The notes beneath the pieces were generated by a model. That model made no database searches and was not told the DNA's origin. It saw only the letters and a list, made by a program, of their open reading frames with translations. This document shows positions 19,020 to 29,428 of a stretch of DNA of 64,000 bases, in pieces (position 1 is the first letter of the stretch; each line of letters opens with the position of its first letter). Position numbers and translations under genes: made by a program. Source of the DNA: an uncultured Gammaproteobacteria bacterium (GTDB lineage Bacteria; Patescibacteriota; Patescibacteriia; UBA9934); contig CAZTKG010000001.1 of assembly GCA_964613815.1 (NCBI GenBank), positions 136,895 through 200,894 on the forward strand, given 5' to 3'.

Positions 19020-19455
19020 CGTTGTACGAAAGGGTGAATTCTACTTGGATTATACCTGTATCTTCTTCTGTTGTCAGATTGGTGAACGTGAGATTTTTTA
19101 CCGCGACTCGCGAGGTGGAGAGGATTGTCGCGTCTTGATCGTCGACCTGGCGCGTGACCTGTCCATCGTCTGATGTGAGTGTGAACGTGATGTCTTCTGC
19201 ACCCTCGAGCGTCAGTCTGCCAGGGTCGGCTTCGAATCTTGATGAGGCCTCGTCGATACCCGTCGCGTTGTTTGCGGTGTTGTTTAGGCTTGCGATGATG
19301 AGCGCGGCATTGTATTCGACCTCTGACATGGCGCGGACTTTTGCGCGCGTATTGAGGAGGTTTAAGGTGTATCGGATCAATACGGTCATGACAATGCACA
19401 TGACGGCGACGTAGATCATGGTTTCTGCGAGGCTGAATCCTTTTTGGTTCTTCAT
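18943..19455 (-). CDS. Minor (pseudo)pilin, prepilin-type N-terminus
   Basis: MKNQKG|FSLAETMIYVAVMCIVMTVLI. Confidence 0.75.
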   Translation of the reverse strand: MKNQKGFSLAETMIYVAVMCIVMTVLIRYTLNLLNTRAKVRAMSEVEYNAALIIASLNNTANNATGIDEASSRFEADPGRLTLEGAEDITFTLTSDDGQVTRQVDDQDATILSTSRVAVKNLTFTNLTTEEDTGIIQVEFTLSYNDGGNGPYYQFEQEFQTAIRIPIDQD

Positions 19456-22214
19456 AGGCTATAGGATACGCGGACGTCGTCGATGGTGGCGTCTGTGCCG
19501 GTGAAGTACGCTTTCCATTGGAAGAATTTGGTGCCTTCGGTGTCATCATGAAGCGTTATGGATGATCCTGATGCGGTGATTGGATCTGACCATGGCGCTG
19601 AGGTGATGAGCTCTTCTGAAGAGGCGGTGCGGACACGGAACGTGATCGTGTCTGTGGCTGATAGCGTCCAGTCGATTGTTTTCCATTCGGTATTTGGACT
19701 TGCGCTATCAAACACCTGCGATGTGAACGTCGCGTTTTCGGAGGCAGCATTTGGGGTTGATGCCTCCGTCATCGTGAAGCCGTCTACGATCGCTACTGTT
19801 GATGAGGAGGATATTGATGTTGCTGCGCTTGCTGTTTTTCCCGTGATCGTTGGGTTTGTTTGGTTGGTGATGTTGATGTGGAGAAATTCTGCTGATGCGG
19901 CGACGGCAATAGCTGTTTGTGAAAAGAATGACGCGTCTCGAACATCGCCCGCAAAATCCATGGATGATTTTGTTTCCGGGACGCCTGCTGATGCGTCCAT
20001 GATGTAGAGCTCCTTGTCGGAAGATACTTCCCTGCCGACGATGAGGATGTTGTTACTTGCGGTGATTGACAGTGCGTCGGCATCCCCGGAGAAGTTCATG
20101 ATCGTTTCCTCTACTGCTTCTGGGTTTGAGATGTCATAGGTGATTAGCTCCTCCTTGTCCTGACTTGTGACGGCGTAGAGATTTGATCCGGCGAATGCGA
20201 TGTCGTTGATGTTGTTTGATGATTCTGCCTGCCAGGCTGGGGATAACTCCGCAACGTCTTCACATGCCTGCGGCGAGATATCAGCGGCAATAATTTCTGC
20301 GTCTGCACCCTTTTCTCTTGCGAGGAAGACGTGTGATGAGGAGCCTGTGATCGCGGCGCCCGCCTGATCTCCATCGGCGTTTAGCGTTGCGGCTAGGCAC
20401 GGAGATGATATGTCTTGGACGTTGATGATTTGGAGCTCGGCGTCTTCATCCCCTGTTGCGAGGTAGAGATGACCGGCGTTTAGCCATGCATCTTTTGGCG
20501 CGGTAAGCGGTAGCTCTGCTGTTTGGTCTGGAGCCTCTGGGTCGGTGATGTCGTGGATATAGAGCGTGTCTGAGGTGATTGAATAGGCGGTGTTTCCATC
20601 AACTTGCGAGGCGATCGTGCCGGTTGCGAGGATGGCTGCTAGGGTTGGCTCACTCCAACCGCCTTCTGATGATCTTGCGATGGCGACTTCGTTTGATTCT
20701 AGGTTGGAACCTGTGTAGATGAGGCCTGCGTGATGCGTGATCGCTGTGCCGCCCGCCTCTTGGTCGAGTGTGATCTGGTCGGTTATTGAGAGGTCTGATG
20801 CTGCTATGACGGTCATTTCTTTGTCGTCTGATCCGCCTGTGGTGAAGAGGGCGTCGCCTGCTGGGTTGATGGCGATTGCGCGGACATGTGTGCCGGTGTC
20901 TATTTCTGCTGATAACGTAGGAGTGGCAGGGTCTGCGATGGAATACTTGAACATGTCAGATGCCTCTGCGGCGTTTTGTTTGCCGATGAAAAGGGCTGTG
21001 CCGTTTGTGATAATTGCCTCGGCTGATGCTTCTCCTGGGACATCTACGCGTGCGACTTCGCCTGTACTTGAAAGATCGAAGACAATGAGCTCTTGTGATG
21101 ACGCCGCTGATGCGATAAAGGCGTGCGTACTCGTGAGGGCGACATCGATTGCCCCTGCGCTTACCTCGCCCGAAGTTAGGCCTCGGCGCGTCATTGATCC
21201 AGTACCATCGATTGTGTAGAAAACGACCTCCTTCTCTTCTGATGCCGATGATCTTGTTGCGACGAGATTGTTCCCGTTTATCGCTAGGGCCTGCATTGAT
21301 TCATCACCTGGGATGTCTTCTTGGTGGATGATCTCGCCTGTGGACAGGTTTATTGAAATCAGCTCCGCGTCGTTTGCTTCGCAGCTGACGTAGGCTATTC
21401 CTGATGCAATCTCTAGGTCGGTGATGTTTTTGCCGTCTAGGTTTATTTCCTTGATGCGTACTGGAGCTGCGTTCGACGCATTTGCGACGCTGTAGCCTGT
21501 AAGCTCTGCGCCCCCTGAGTTTTCTGTGGCGATGTAGAGCATGTCGGCTGCGCTATCCATTGCGAATGCAACGACATCACCGTTCCCTTCTAGGTTGATG
21601 TTTGTGATGGCTTCCATGCCGCTAAAGTCTTCTTGTCTCGCCCTTGGAGCGACCTCGCCTGTTTCTGATTCTTGGACTCTTGAACCGCCAACCTCACCCT
21701 CTGTGAAATCTTCTTTTGTGGACTGTGACCAGAATAGGTCTCCGAATGAGTAGAGGTAGACGACATGATCGAGTGTGCGGGTTAATCCGTTCAGTGCGGT
21801 CCAGCTGAGTGTTACCGTGGCTTTTTTTGCGCCTGGGTCGTAGACGCCTCCGTTTACGATCGAGCCAAGCAAGTCCCCTTCTCTGTAAACGTCGCTGATT
21901 TCTATTGTGCGCGTGTAGATCTCATTTATCGCTGGTTTTGATGAGGTGAGAGTGTATTTTCCCTCTGTTGTTGAGAGTCCGTAGGTGCCAGATATCATTG
22001 CTTTTGCGTCTTGGTCGTGGATGGATCTGACTGCTTGGACACCCTCTGCGATGAGTGATGAAGCGACGATGAAGTTGACGCCCTGTTTACTTGCGCTTGT
22101 CGCGTAGATGAAGACGGAGACGGTCGCCGTTGCGATGATCGCAAAAAGCGCAATGGCGAGCATTGCTTCTACGAGGGAGACGCCTCGGGGTTTAGTTGAG
22201 TTCGATCTTGCCAT
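19452..22214 (-). CDS. Large (about 921 aa) pilin-like protein with a prepilin-type N-terminus and repeat-rich extracellular region; candidate pilus-tip adhesin
   Basis: First plausible start MARSNSTKPRG|VSLVEAMLAIALFAIIATATVSV (ATG 22214); the track ORF extends to 22379. The body is long and rich in D/G/T/S, with a repeated beta-strand-like pattern. Confidence 0.55.
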   Translation of the reverse strand: MARSNSTKPRGVSLVEAMLAIALFAIIATATVSVFIYATSASKQGVNFIVASSLIAEGVQAVRSIHDQDAKAMISGTYGLSTTEGKYTLTSSKPAINEIYTRTIEISDVYREGDLLGSIVNGGVYDPGAKKATVTLSWTALNGLTRTLDHVVYLYSFGDLFWSQSTKEDFTEGEVGGSRVQESETGEVAPRARQEDFSGMEAITNINLEGNGDVVAFAMDSAADMLYIATENSGGAELTGYSVANASNAAPVRIKEINLDGKNITDLEIASGIAYVSCEANDAELISINLSTGEIIHQEDIPGDESMQALAINGNNLVATRSSASEEKEVVFYTIDGTGSMTRRGLTSGEVSAGAIDVALTSTHAFIASAASSQELIVFDLSSTGEVARVDVPGEASAEAIITNGTALFIGKQNAAEASDMFKYSIADPATPTLSAEIDTGTHVRAIAINPAGDALFTTGGSDDKEMTVIAASDLSITDQITLDQEAGGTAITHHAGLIYTGSNLESNEVAIARSSEGGWSEPTLAAILATGTIASQVDGNTAYSITSDTLYIHDITDPEAPDQTAELPLTAPKDAWLNAGHLYLATGDEDAELQIINVQDISSPCLAATLNADGDQAGAAITGSSSHVFLAREKGADAEIIAADISPQACEDVAELSPAWQAESSNNINDIAFAGSNLYAVTSQDKEELITYDISNPEAVEETIMNFSGDADALSITASNNILIVGREVSSDKELYIMDASAGVPETKSSMDFAGDVRDASFFSQTAIAVAASAEFLHINITNQTNPTITGKTASAATSISSSSTVAIVDGFTMTEASTPNAASENATFTSQVFDSASPNTEWKTIDWTLSATDTITFRVRTASSEELITSAPWSDPITASGSSITLHDDTEGTKFFQWKAYFTGTDATIDDVRVSYSL

Positions 22215-22635
22215 TTTTGCTGATGGTGATCTTTTTTTCGTTTTCACCGTTTGCGAGGAGAATGTCGCCTGCGGCGCTCGGGGTTCCCGTATCTTTTGAG
22301 AAGACGATTTCTGTAAATCCTCCAGATGTGACGATGCCGCCAAAGTCTCTTTGTTCGTCGAATCGAATGTCCCTTGCAAGGAAGGTTGAGCCCATGAAAA
22401 GCGTGTACCCGTCTGCGTCCATACTTACCCCCCATTCGGCATTTTGAAAGCCGTTTATGGACCTTAGCTGTGCTCGGCGGAAGGCGTCTGTGAGTCCATC
22501 ACTGTCGATGGAGACTTGGTGTTTGTGAAAAAGGCCTGTTGCTGGGCCGGCGAAGGCGACGACTAAGATGACCGTGATGGCGGTTACGACGAGAAGTTCT
22601 ATAAGCGTAAAGCCGTTTTGGTCTTTGACTGTCAT
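22192..22635 (-). CDS. Minor (pseudo)pilin, GspH/PilE-like
   Basis: MTVKDQNG|FTLIELLVVTAITVILVVAFAG. Confidence 0.75.
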   Translation of the reverse strand: MTVKDQNGFTLIELLVVTAITVILVVAFAGPATGLFHKHQVSIDSDGLTDAFRRAQLRSINGFQNAEWGVSMDADGYTLFMGSTFLARDIRFDEQRDFGGIVTSGGFTEIVFSKDTGTPSAAGDILLANGENEKKITISKNGKIELN

Positions 22636-22641
22636 GGCGAT

Positions 22642-23721
22642 CTAGATATTCATTCCAGATGTGACTGAGTAGATTGGGGTGAGGATGGAGATCGCGACAA
22701 AGGCCACGACTCCGCCGATGACGATGAGCATAAGGGGCTCGATGAGTGAGGAGAAGGTTTTGGATTTTACTTCTACGCTCTCTTCGAAAAATGTTGCGAG
22801 ATCGGTAAAGACGAGGCCGAGCGATCCTGATTTTTCCCCGACAGAGACCATGCGGTGGATGACGTGCGTGTAGAGCTTGATGTCTTTTTCCATAATGTCC
22901 GCGAGTGTGGTTCCGGTGCTAATGCGGGCGTGCATGTCTGCGACGGAGTTTCGGTAGACCGTGTTTGTCATGACCTGCGAACAGATACTTAGCCCTTCTT
23001 CGATGGCGATTCCGCTGTGGAGAAGCGTTCCCATGGTGCGGCAGAATCTTGCGCGCTGAATCTCGTTGAGGAGCTTTCCGAAGATTGGGAGGTGGAGGAT
23101 GATGTGGTCGATGATGGCTCGTGTGGATTTGATTTTGGTTGATGCGTAGATGAGGCCCGCGAAGATGAGGAAGCCAATGCTGATAAGGATGCCGTGGGCT
23201 TCGAACATGTCTGAGGTCCAGATAAGGAAACGCGTGGATGCTGGGAGGTCTAGCTGGAGGGAGTGGAAGAGACCGGTGATTTGCGGGAGGACGAATTTTA
23301 CGATGCCGAATCCTAGAGAGATTGCAAGAAAGAGGACAAGAGACGGGTACATCATGGCTGACTGGATGCTTTTTTGGAGGCGCATCTCTTTGTCGAGCCT
23401 TGTTGCGAGCTGTTCTAGATTTTCTTTGAGGGTTGCGGATTGCTCACCGATGACGACGGATTGGATGAAGATTGGGCTGAAGACCTTCTTTTCCATAGCG
23501 AGTGCGTCGCCGAGGCTGGATCCTTGCTGGACGCGAGCGTCTACTCTTGAGAGAGCTTTTTTGAGCGTTCCTGATGATTGCTGGATGAGAACGGGGACGG
23601 CCTCTGGTGCGGTGAGTCCAGCCTGAAGCATGACGGCGAAGTATTTAGCCATCATGACGATGTCGACTTTTTTGACTCTGCCGACAGAAACTTCTCGTTT
23701 GTACCACGGTGTTTTTGGCAT
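22642..23721 (-). CDS. pilC: Type IV pilus inner-membrane platform protein PilC (GspF family)
   Basis: Two GspF repeats, three TM segments, conserved LSRVDARVQQGSSLGDAL / PSLVLFLAISLGFGIVKFVLP regions. Confidence 0.85.
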   Translation of the reverse strand: MPKTPWYKREVSVGRVKKVDIVMMAKYFAVMLQAGLTAPEAVPVLIQQSSGTLKKALSRVDARVQQGSSLGDALAMEKKVFSPIFIQSVVIGEQSATLKENLEQLATRLDKEMRLQKSIQSAMMYPSLVLFLAISLGFGIVKFVLPQITGLFHSLQLDLPASTRFLIWTSDMFEAHGILISIGFLIFAGLIYASTKIKSTRAIIDHIILHLPIFGKLLNEIQRARFCRTMGTLLHSGIAIEEGLSICSQVMTNTVYRNSVADMHARISTGTTLADIMEKDIKLYTHVIHRMVSVGEKSGSLGLVFTDLATFFEESVEVKSKTFSSLIEPLMLIVIGGVVAFVAISILTPIYSVTSGMNI

Positions 23722-23722
23722 G

Positions 23723-25408
23723 TTATTCCTTGGTTACGCGGAGGACCTCCTCGAGCGTTGTTCTGCCGATGAGGATTTTTTTGATTCCGTCTTGGAGCAT
23801 GGTCCGCATGCCGGCCGAGATCGCGCCCTGGCGGATGATGTCGGCGTTTTCTTGTTTCATGATTTGGGTTCGTACCCCGTCTGTGACCTCTAGAATCTCA
23901 AAAATCCCGACTCGGCCTCTGTAGCCGGAATTGTGACAGGTTGGGCAGCCTTTTCCGCGGAAGAGGCGGATTCCTTCTAGGGTTTCTTTGCCCGCGTCTT
24001 TGAGGAGAGCAGCCTTTACGGACGGCATCTGTTCGAGGAATTGGAGACGTTTTGCGTCTGGGATGTAACTTTCGATGCAGGTGAGGCAGATTTTTCGGAC
24101 GAGGCGCTGGGCGAGGACGGCGAGGACGGTGGAGGATATCAAAAAGTCCTCTACCTCCATGTCGAGGAGTCGTGGGAAGGCGGTTGAAGCGTCGTTTGTA
24201 TGGAGAGTTGAGAAGACGAGATGACCGGTCATCGCAGCGTTGACGGCGATGTCCGCTGTTTCTTTGTCTCGGATCTCTCCGACCATGATGACGTCTGGGT
24301 CTTGGCGGACAAGGGCGCGGAGACCTTGGGCGAAGGTGAGGTTTGTTTTGGTATTTACCTGAATCTGGTTGATGCCGTCGATGTCGTACTCCACCGGATC
24401 TTCGATGGTGGAGATGTTGATTTCTCGTTTGTTGAGTTCTTTGAGGGCTGCGTAGAGCGTCGTGGTTTTTCCTGATCCTGTTGGGCCGGTGACGAGGATC
24501 ATGCCCCATGGTTTTTTGATGGTTTCTTCGAATGCTTGAAGGTCTTCTCCTTCGAATCCGAGGTCTTTGAGGTGGAGTTCTCGAGATTTGTCTGACAGGA
24601 ATCGCAGCACGGCCTTTTCCCCATCGACCGTTGGGACGATAGAGACTCGGATGTCGACCGTGTCGCCCCACTTGCTTTTGTGTTCGATTTTTCCGTCTTG
24701 GGCGGCGCGATGCTCGTCTGTTGCGAGCCTTGCGAGGACTTTGAGCCGTGTGAGAACAGCTTCGTGAACGGTTACTGGGATGCGGCCGATATCTCGGAGG
24801 ACACCGTCGATGCGGAGGCGGATGACAGAGTACTCGTCTTCTGGCTCGACGTGGAGGTCAGAGGCGTTGAATTGGTAGGCGTATTCGAACAGGGCGTCAA
24901 CCAAGGTGATCATGTTTGCCTCGGCCTTTCCGGATTGCTGGACTTTGTCGATGATGGTTTGGAGGACTTGGCCCGGGTCTTCTCCGAGGCGGAAGAGGTT
25001 TGCCTCAACATCGCCTGGGGTGACGTAGACGAATTTAACCGGAATGCGGACGTACTTTTCGAGGAGCGCCTTTAAGGAAATGTCGTTTGGATTGGAAACG
25101 CCGATTTTGACGAAGTCGTCGTTTTGCACAATTGGGACGGCGTGGTAGTGCTTGGCAAAGGCGCTCGGGAGCATGGCGAGGAGCTCTTTTGGCACGTTTG
25201 TGGTGCGCAGATTGACGTATGGGACGCCGTAGAAATTAGCCATCAGCTGACCGAATTGCTCGTCCGTAACACGCCCTTTTTTGAGAAGGGCTGTGCCAAT
25301 GTCGATTTTGCTAATTTTTGCTTCGTCCGTCGTCTGTTTGAATACTTGCTCTGTGACGCCGCCAGAGTCGACGAGCACCTCGCGCCATTCCTCCTGGGTA
25401 AGCCTCAT
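23723..25408 (-). CDS. pilB: Type IV pilus assembly ATPase PilB (GspE family)
   Basis: Walker A VTGPTGSGKTTT. Asp box. Walker B DVIMVGEIRD. His box TGHLVFSTLHTNDA. Tetracysteine motif CPTC...C. Confidence 0.9.
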   Translation of the reverse strand: MRLTQEEWREVLVDSGGVTEQVFKQTTDEAKISKIDIGTALLKKGRVTDEQFGQLMANFYGVPYVNLRTTNVPKELLAMLPSAFAKHYHAVPIVQNDDFVKIGVSNPNDISLKALLEKYVRIPVKFVYVTPGDVEANLFRLGEDPGQVLQTIIDKVQQSGKAEANMITLVDALFEYAYQFNASDLHVEPEDEYSVIRLRIDGVLRDIGRIPVTVHEAVLTRLKVLARLATDEHRAAQDGKIEHKSKWGDTVDIRVSIVPTVDGEKAVLRFLSDKSRELHLKDLGFEGEDLQAFEETIKKPWGMILVTGPTGSGKTTTLYAALKELNKREINISTIEDPVEYDIDGINQIQVNTKTNLTFAQGLRALVRQDPDVIMVGEIRDKETADIAVNAAMTGHLVFSTLHTNDASTAFPRLLDMEVEDFLISSTVLAVLAQRLVRKICLTCIESYIPDAKRLQFLEQMPSVKAALLKDAGKETLEGIRLFRGKGCPTCHNSGYRGRVGIFEILEVTDGVRTQIMKQENADIIRQGAISAGMRTMLQDGIKKILIGRTTLEEVLRVTKE

Positions 25409-25443
25409 ATGGCGGTATTATAGCACGTTAATGAGAGCATCTT

Positions 25444-25480
25444 CCCCTCCCATCTCGACCTTGTGGAGAGATCTTTTACT
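25444..25480. repeat. REP-A half element (left arm only), fused to the REP-B copy that follows
   Basis: CCCCTCCCATCTCGACCTTGTGGAGAGATCT with no matching right arm; immediately followed by CCCATCCTGAGG... Confidence 0.7.
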
Positions 25481-25612
25481 CCCATCCTGAGGAGAGGGCG
25501 TGAAGGCGATGGACGGAAGGATCTCACGGCACGGCGCACTCTTTCGGCATGGACGTTGCTGTCCGCACGGGATCCTTCCGTCGCGCTAGGGCTGGCGCGA
25601 CTCAGGATGAGG
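25481..25612. repeat. REP-B palindromic element (about 130 nt, nested inverted repeats: CCCATCCTGAGGAG...GACGGAAGGATCTC...GGGATCCTTCCGTCG...CTCAGGATGAGGG)
   Basis: Intergenic between rpoD and pilB. Homologous to copies at 42153, 48640 and 50047. Confidence 0.8.
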
Positions 25613-25649
25613 GATTGTGGAAGAAAAAAATGCCTTTCGGCATGTTTTT

Positions 25650-26831
25650 CTAGTAATCTCGTAGCTTGTGGATCACTTCTTTCTGTTGAATCTTTTCTAG
25701 CGCTTTTGCCTCAATCTGACGGATGCGCTCTCGCGTCACATCGAATTCCCTTCCAACCTCCTCGAGCGTATGACTCACCCCATCTTCGAGGCCGAATCGC
25801 ATTTCGAGGATCTTCTGCTCTCGTGGCGTGAGATCAGTCATCGCCTCGTGGACATAGTCTCTCAGAAGCTCGCGGGCTGCTGACCTGTCTGGGGAGATTG
25901 ATTTTACGTCTTGGATGAAGTCTTCGAGTTTTGAGTCTTCGTCGTCGTCTCCGACAGATGCTTCGAGCGATACAGTCTCTTGCGAGATCTTCTTGATGTG
26001 CCGGACCTTGTGGATTGGCAGGTCCAACTCGCTTGAGAGCTCCTCTGCGAGCGGCTCTCGTCCGAGGTCTTGGATGAGTCGGCGCTCAACCTGCTTGAAC
26101 CGGTTGATGGTCTCGACCATGTGAACCGGGATTCGGATGGTTCGGGACTGGTCAGCAAGGGCTCGCGTAATGGCTTGGCGAATCCACCAAGTGGCGTATG
26201 TGGAAAACTTGTACCCCTTTCGATACTCAAACTTTTTGACGGCGCGGAAGAGGCCGACGTTTCCTTCTTGGATGAGGTCGAGGAGCGACAATTGCTTACC
26301 GACGAACTTCTTCGCGATTGAGACGACGAGTCGAAGGTTTGCTTCGATGAGTCGGAGCTCTGCCTCTTTGTCGTTGCGCTCTTTTCGTTTTGCGAGCGCG
26401 ATCTCTTCTTCTGCGGTGAGGAGCGGGATCTTTCCGATTTCTCGGAGGTACATTTGAATCGAGTCTTGCGTAATGTCTGAAAAGTCGACTTTGCGATCCA
26501 CCTTTACGCGGAGTTTGTCGTAGACGCCTTCGATTGATGAAGAGCGGCCGAGATAGCCCTCTTTCATTTCGATAACGTGAATTCCTTTGAGTTCTAGTCT
26601 GTCTAAAAACATCTCGAGAAGCATGAGGTGGTCTTCGATCTCTCCAAACGAAAACAATACCTCGTCTTCAGTAATGAATCCTCGATTCATTCCACGCTCA
26701 ACAAGGCGGTCTAGACGTTTTTCTGGTGGTGGAGCTGAGCGTTTATAGCGCTCTTTTCGCACTTTTTTGACAGGAACTTCCTCTTCTTTTGCATCGGGCT
26801 TTTTTGCGGGAGCTTTTTTGGTTGCTGTCAT
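25650..26831 (-). CDS. rpoD: RNA polymerase sigma factor RpoD (sigma-70)
   Basis: Regions 1.2-4 conserved: [40 protein letters not shown], region 4.2 [25 protein letters not shown]. Confidence 0.9.
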   Translation of the reverse strand: MTATKKAPAKKPDAKEEEVPVKKVRKERYKRSAPPPEKRLDRLVERGMNRGFITEDEVLFSFGEIEDHLMLLEMFLDRLELKGIHVIEMKEGYLGRSSSIEGVYDKLRVKVDRKVDFSDITQDSIQMYLREIGKIPLLTAEEEIALAKRKERNDKEAELRLIEANLRLVVSIAKKFVGKQLSLLDLIQEGNVGLFRAVKKFEYRKGYKFSTYATWWIRQAITRALADQSRTIRIPVHMVETINRFKQVERRLIQDLGREPLAEELSSELDLPIHKVRHIKKISQETVSLEASVGDDDEDSKLEDFIQDVKSISPDRSAARELLRDYVHEAMTDLTPREQKILEMRFGLEDGVSHTLEEVGREFDVTRERIRQIEAKALEKIQQKEVIHKLRDY

Positions 26832-26861
26832 AACACAGATTGCCCTCAGTTTTTGAGGGAA

Positions 26862-28679
26862 TTAAGAAAGCATTTTTGTATAAGCCTCCATGAGCTCGCG
26901 TAAGCGATCCTTGTTTCCGCTTCGCTCAGCTTCGCGGATGGCCATCTCCATGTGTTTGCGTTGTTTTTTTGTCTCTGCACTTCGCAAAAGTGCAATCTGT
27001 CGGTTCAATTCAGCACGCACTTGGTCGCTTTTCAGTCCATTAAATAGACGCTCAGCCTTCATGAAGATGGGTCGAAGCCGATCTTCGGCATTTTCACCCC
27101 CTTGATTTGTGAGCTCTTTTAGGACCTGCGAGTAGATATCATTTTGCGTGGAACCTGACAAGTTAGCCTGAGTATAACTCTCTTGCACTATTTTGTAAAT
27201 CTTTTGTAGATCTCCTTCTGGAAAAAGACTTGGATTCGGCAAAGAATCTGTTTGGATATCGATGCCTTTGAGCATGATACCGATCGTGATTGAGGCTGCG
27301 CGGTGCTCGGCGGTGTCCGGAAGTGGGGCTGGCCCGGTCTTGATGTCCGGCGGCTGGACTTGTACGACGTTCTTTTTTGGCGCAGCTTTGAATTTGGGGC
27401 CGGTTTGGATGATCGGGCGGAGGACGGAGGCGTCTACCTGGAGAACGTCGGATAGTCTTGATATCCAGTGGTCGCGTTCGATAGGGTCTTTGAGGCGCTT
27501 GATTTCGCTGAGGAGCTGGTGGCCGACGTGACGTTTTGCTTTGACGTTTGATGGGTCAAAGCCTTTGAGAGCGTTTTCGAAGTAATACTCCATGATTGGG
27601 ATCGGTTCTGATGTGACCTTTACCCAAATCTCTGGATCTTTTTGGACGACGTCGTCTGGATCTTTTCCAGCCTCTGGTGGGATGCGGATGACCTGGACTT
27701 CGATGTCGAGGGCTTGCGCGGCGTGGATTCCTCTAGTTGCCGCTTTGAAGCCGGCGGCGTCACCATCAAAACAAAAACTGATGGTGTTTGTGAATTTTTT
27801 GAGTTGCTTGAGCTGCTCGTCGGTGAGCGCGGTTCCAGAGCTGGCAACGACGTTTTTGACGCCTGCTTTGTGGGAGGCGATGACATCTAGGTTACCTTCG
27901 ACGATGATGACGTTCTGTTGTGATCTGATGGCAACTTTGGCGAGACTGAGACCGTAGATGACTTTGCGCTTCTGGTAGATTTCGGTTTCTGGGGAGTTTA
28001 AGTATTTTGGGCCGGACTTTTCGCTTTCTGGAGCGAGGCGGCGTGCGGTAAATCCAACGACGCGGCCGGATTGGTCCTTGAGCGGAATCATGACGCGGTT
28101 TCGGAAGCGGTCGATGAGTTTGTGGCCCGACGATGTCTTCTTTGCAAGGCCGGCCTCGATGATTCGCTCGTCTTTGAACCCCTGTTTATGCAAGTGTTTT
28201 GTGAGACTGTCCCAAGCATCTGGCGCCGCACCGAGGCGGAAGGTTGCTGCGAGGTCTTTGTCGATGTTTCTGGAGGTGATGTAGTCTGCGGCTACCTTTC
28301 CTTGTTCATGCATGACTACCTTTTCGTAGTATTTGCATGCAAGCTCGTTAAGATCTCTTTGGAACGTTTCTTTGGCGGACTCTTTCGAAGATCGAAAGTC
28401 TGGAATTTCTACCCCGGCTTTTTTACCGAGCTTTCTGAGCGCTTCGCCGAAACCGACACCTTCGATCTCCATGACGAATGCGTAGATGTCTCCCCCTTTA
28501 TCACACCCAAAGCAATGCCAGATCTCTTTTGGGAGCGAAAGATAAAAGGATGGGGTTTTCTCGCTATGAAATGGACAGCACGCCTTGAAGCTGCCAGATC
28601 CTGCTGGCCTGAGGTCGAGATAGTCTTTGATGACGTCTTCGACAGTGAGGCGCTGTTTGATTTCTTCTTTTGGTTCCAT
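26862..28679 (-). CDS. dnaG: DNA primase DnaG
   Basis: N-terminal CHC2 zinc finger CCPFHSEKTPSF...CFGC and a Toprim domain (EGNLDVIA). The dnaG-rpoD arrangement is conserved. Confidence 0.9.
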   Translation of the reverse strand: MEPKEEIKQRLTVEDVIKDYLDLRPAGSGSFKACCPFHSEKTPSFYLSLPKEIWHCFGCDKGGDIYAFVMEIEGVGFGEALRKLGKKAGVEIPDFRSSKESAKETFQRDLNELACKYYEKVVMHEQGKVAADYITSRNIDKDLAATFRLGAAPDAWDSLTKHLHKQGFKDERIIEAGLAKKTSSGHKLIDRFRNRVMIPLKDQSGRVVGFTARRLAPESEKSGPKYLNSPETEIYQKRKVIYGLSLAKVAIRSQQNVIIVEGNLDVIASHKAGVKNVVASSGTALTDEQLKQLKKFTNTISFCFDGDAAGFKAATRGIHAAQALDIEVQVIRIPPEAGKDPDDVVQKDPEIWVKVTSEPIPIMEYYFENALKGFDPSNVKAKRHVGHQLLSEIKRLKDPIERDHWISRLSDVLQVDASVLRPIIQTGPKFKAAPKKNVVQVQPPDIKTGPAPLPDTAEHRAASITIGIMLKGIDIQTDSLPNPSLFPEGDLQKIYKIVQESYTQANLSGSTQNDIYSQVLKELTNQGGENAEDRLRPIFMKAERLFNGLKSDQVRAELNRQIALLRSAETKKQRKHMEMAIREAERSGNKDRLRELMEAYTKMLS

Positions 28680-28700
28680 GGCCTGGATGGTAACACACTC

Positions 28701-29423
28701 CTAGACCCCCTTGCCCATGAACACACGTTCGAGAATATCACCTTCGGCAAACTTCTCTGCAGGACCTTCTGAGACGATCTTGCCCTCAGCTAATACGTAC
28801 GCTCTGTGGACGATGCCGAGGAGGGACTTAATGTTGTGCTCTACCATCAAGACGCCCATGCCGGTTGCGTCGTTGATCTCTTTGATTTTTTGGAACATGA
28901 CTTTGACGAGTTTTGGCGATAGGCCGAGTGTAGGCTCGTCGAGGAGGAGGAACTGTGGGTTTGTGACCATGCCGCGAGCGATGGCTAGCATTTGTTGCTG
29001 GCCGCCTGATAAGGAGCCGGATGGGTCTTTTCGTTTTGTTTTGAGGTCTGGGAAGAGGTCCATGAGGTTCTCGATTCGGCGTTTTACCTCTTGTTTGTCT
29101 TTGATGATGAAGCCGCCTATTTCTAGGTTTTCTTCGACGGTGAGATGGGTGAAGACGCGTCTTCCCTGCGGGACGTAGGCGATCCCCATGCTGACGAGCT
29201 CGTGAGGGCGTGGTTTTTTGATTTGGTCGCCTTGCCAGTGAATGGAGCCCGAGGTGATGTCTGCGAGGCCGAAGACTGCCTTGAGGATCGTGGACTTCCC
29301 TGCTCCGTTTGGGCCCATAAGGGCGACGACTTCGCCTTTTGCGAACTCAAGTGACGCATCGTGGATAATGCGGATGTCGCCGTAGCCGGCGTGGAGGTTT
29401 TTGATGTTTAGTGTGGTTTGCAT
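28701..29423 (-). CDS. livF: Branched-chain amino-acid ABC transporter ATP-binding protein LivF
   Basis: Walker A GPNGAGKST, signature LSGGQQQMLAIARG, Walker B LLLDEP. Start taken at MQTTLNIKNL (ATG 29423); the 13 upstream codons in the track are REP-A sequence. Confidence 0.85.
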   Translation of the reverse strand: MQTTLNIKNLHAGYGDIRIIHDASLEFAKGEVVALMGPNGAGKSTILKAVFGLADITSGSIHWQGDQIKKPRPHELVSMGIAYVPQGRRVFTHLTVEENLEIGGFIIKDKQEVKRRIENLMDLFPDLKTKRKDPSGSLSGGQQQMLAIARGMVTNPQFLLLDEPTLGLSPKLVKVMFQKIKEINDATGMGVLMVEHNIKSLLGIVHRAYVLAEGKIVSEGPAEKFAEGDILERVFMGKGV

Positions 29424-29428
29424 ATCAT

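Noticed and set aside
23898-24671. Long Arg/Pro-rich ORFs antisense or out-of-frame to real genes, for example 23898..24671 inside pilB, 8301..8924 and 8457..8810 inside the acidic surface protein gene, 33501..33971 inside the M20 gene, 9432..9854, and 18845..19549
   Set aside because: They have low-complexity R/P/H-rich composition, fully overlap well-supported conserved genes, and carry no independent promoter or ribosome-binding signals. These are typical GC-rich spurious frames.
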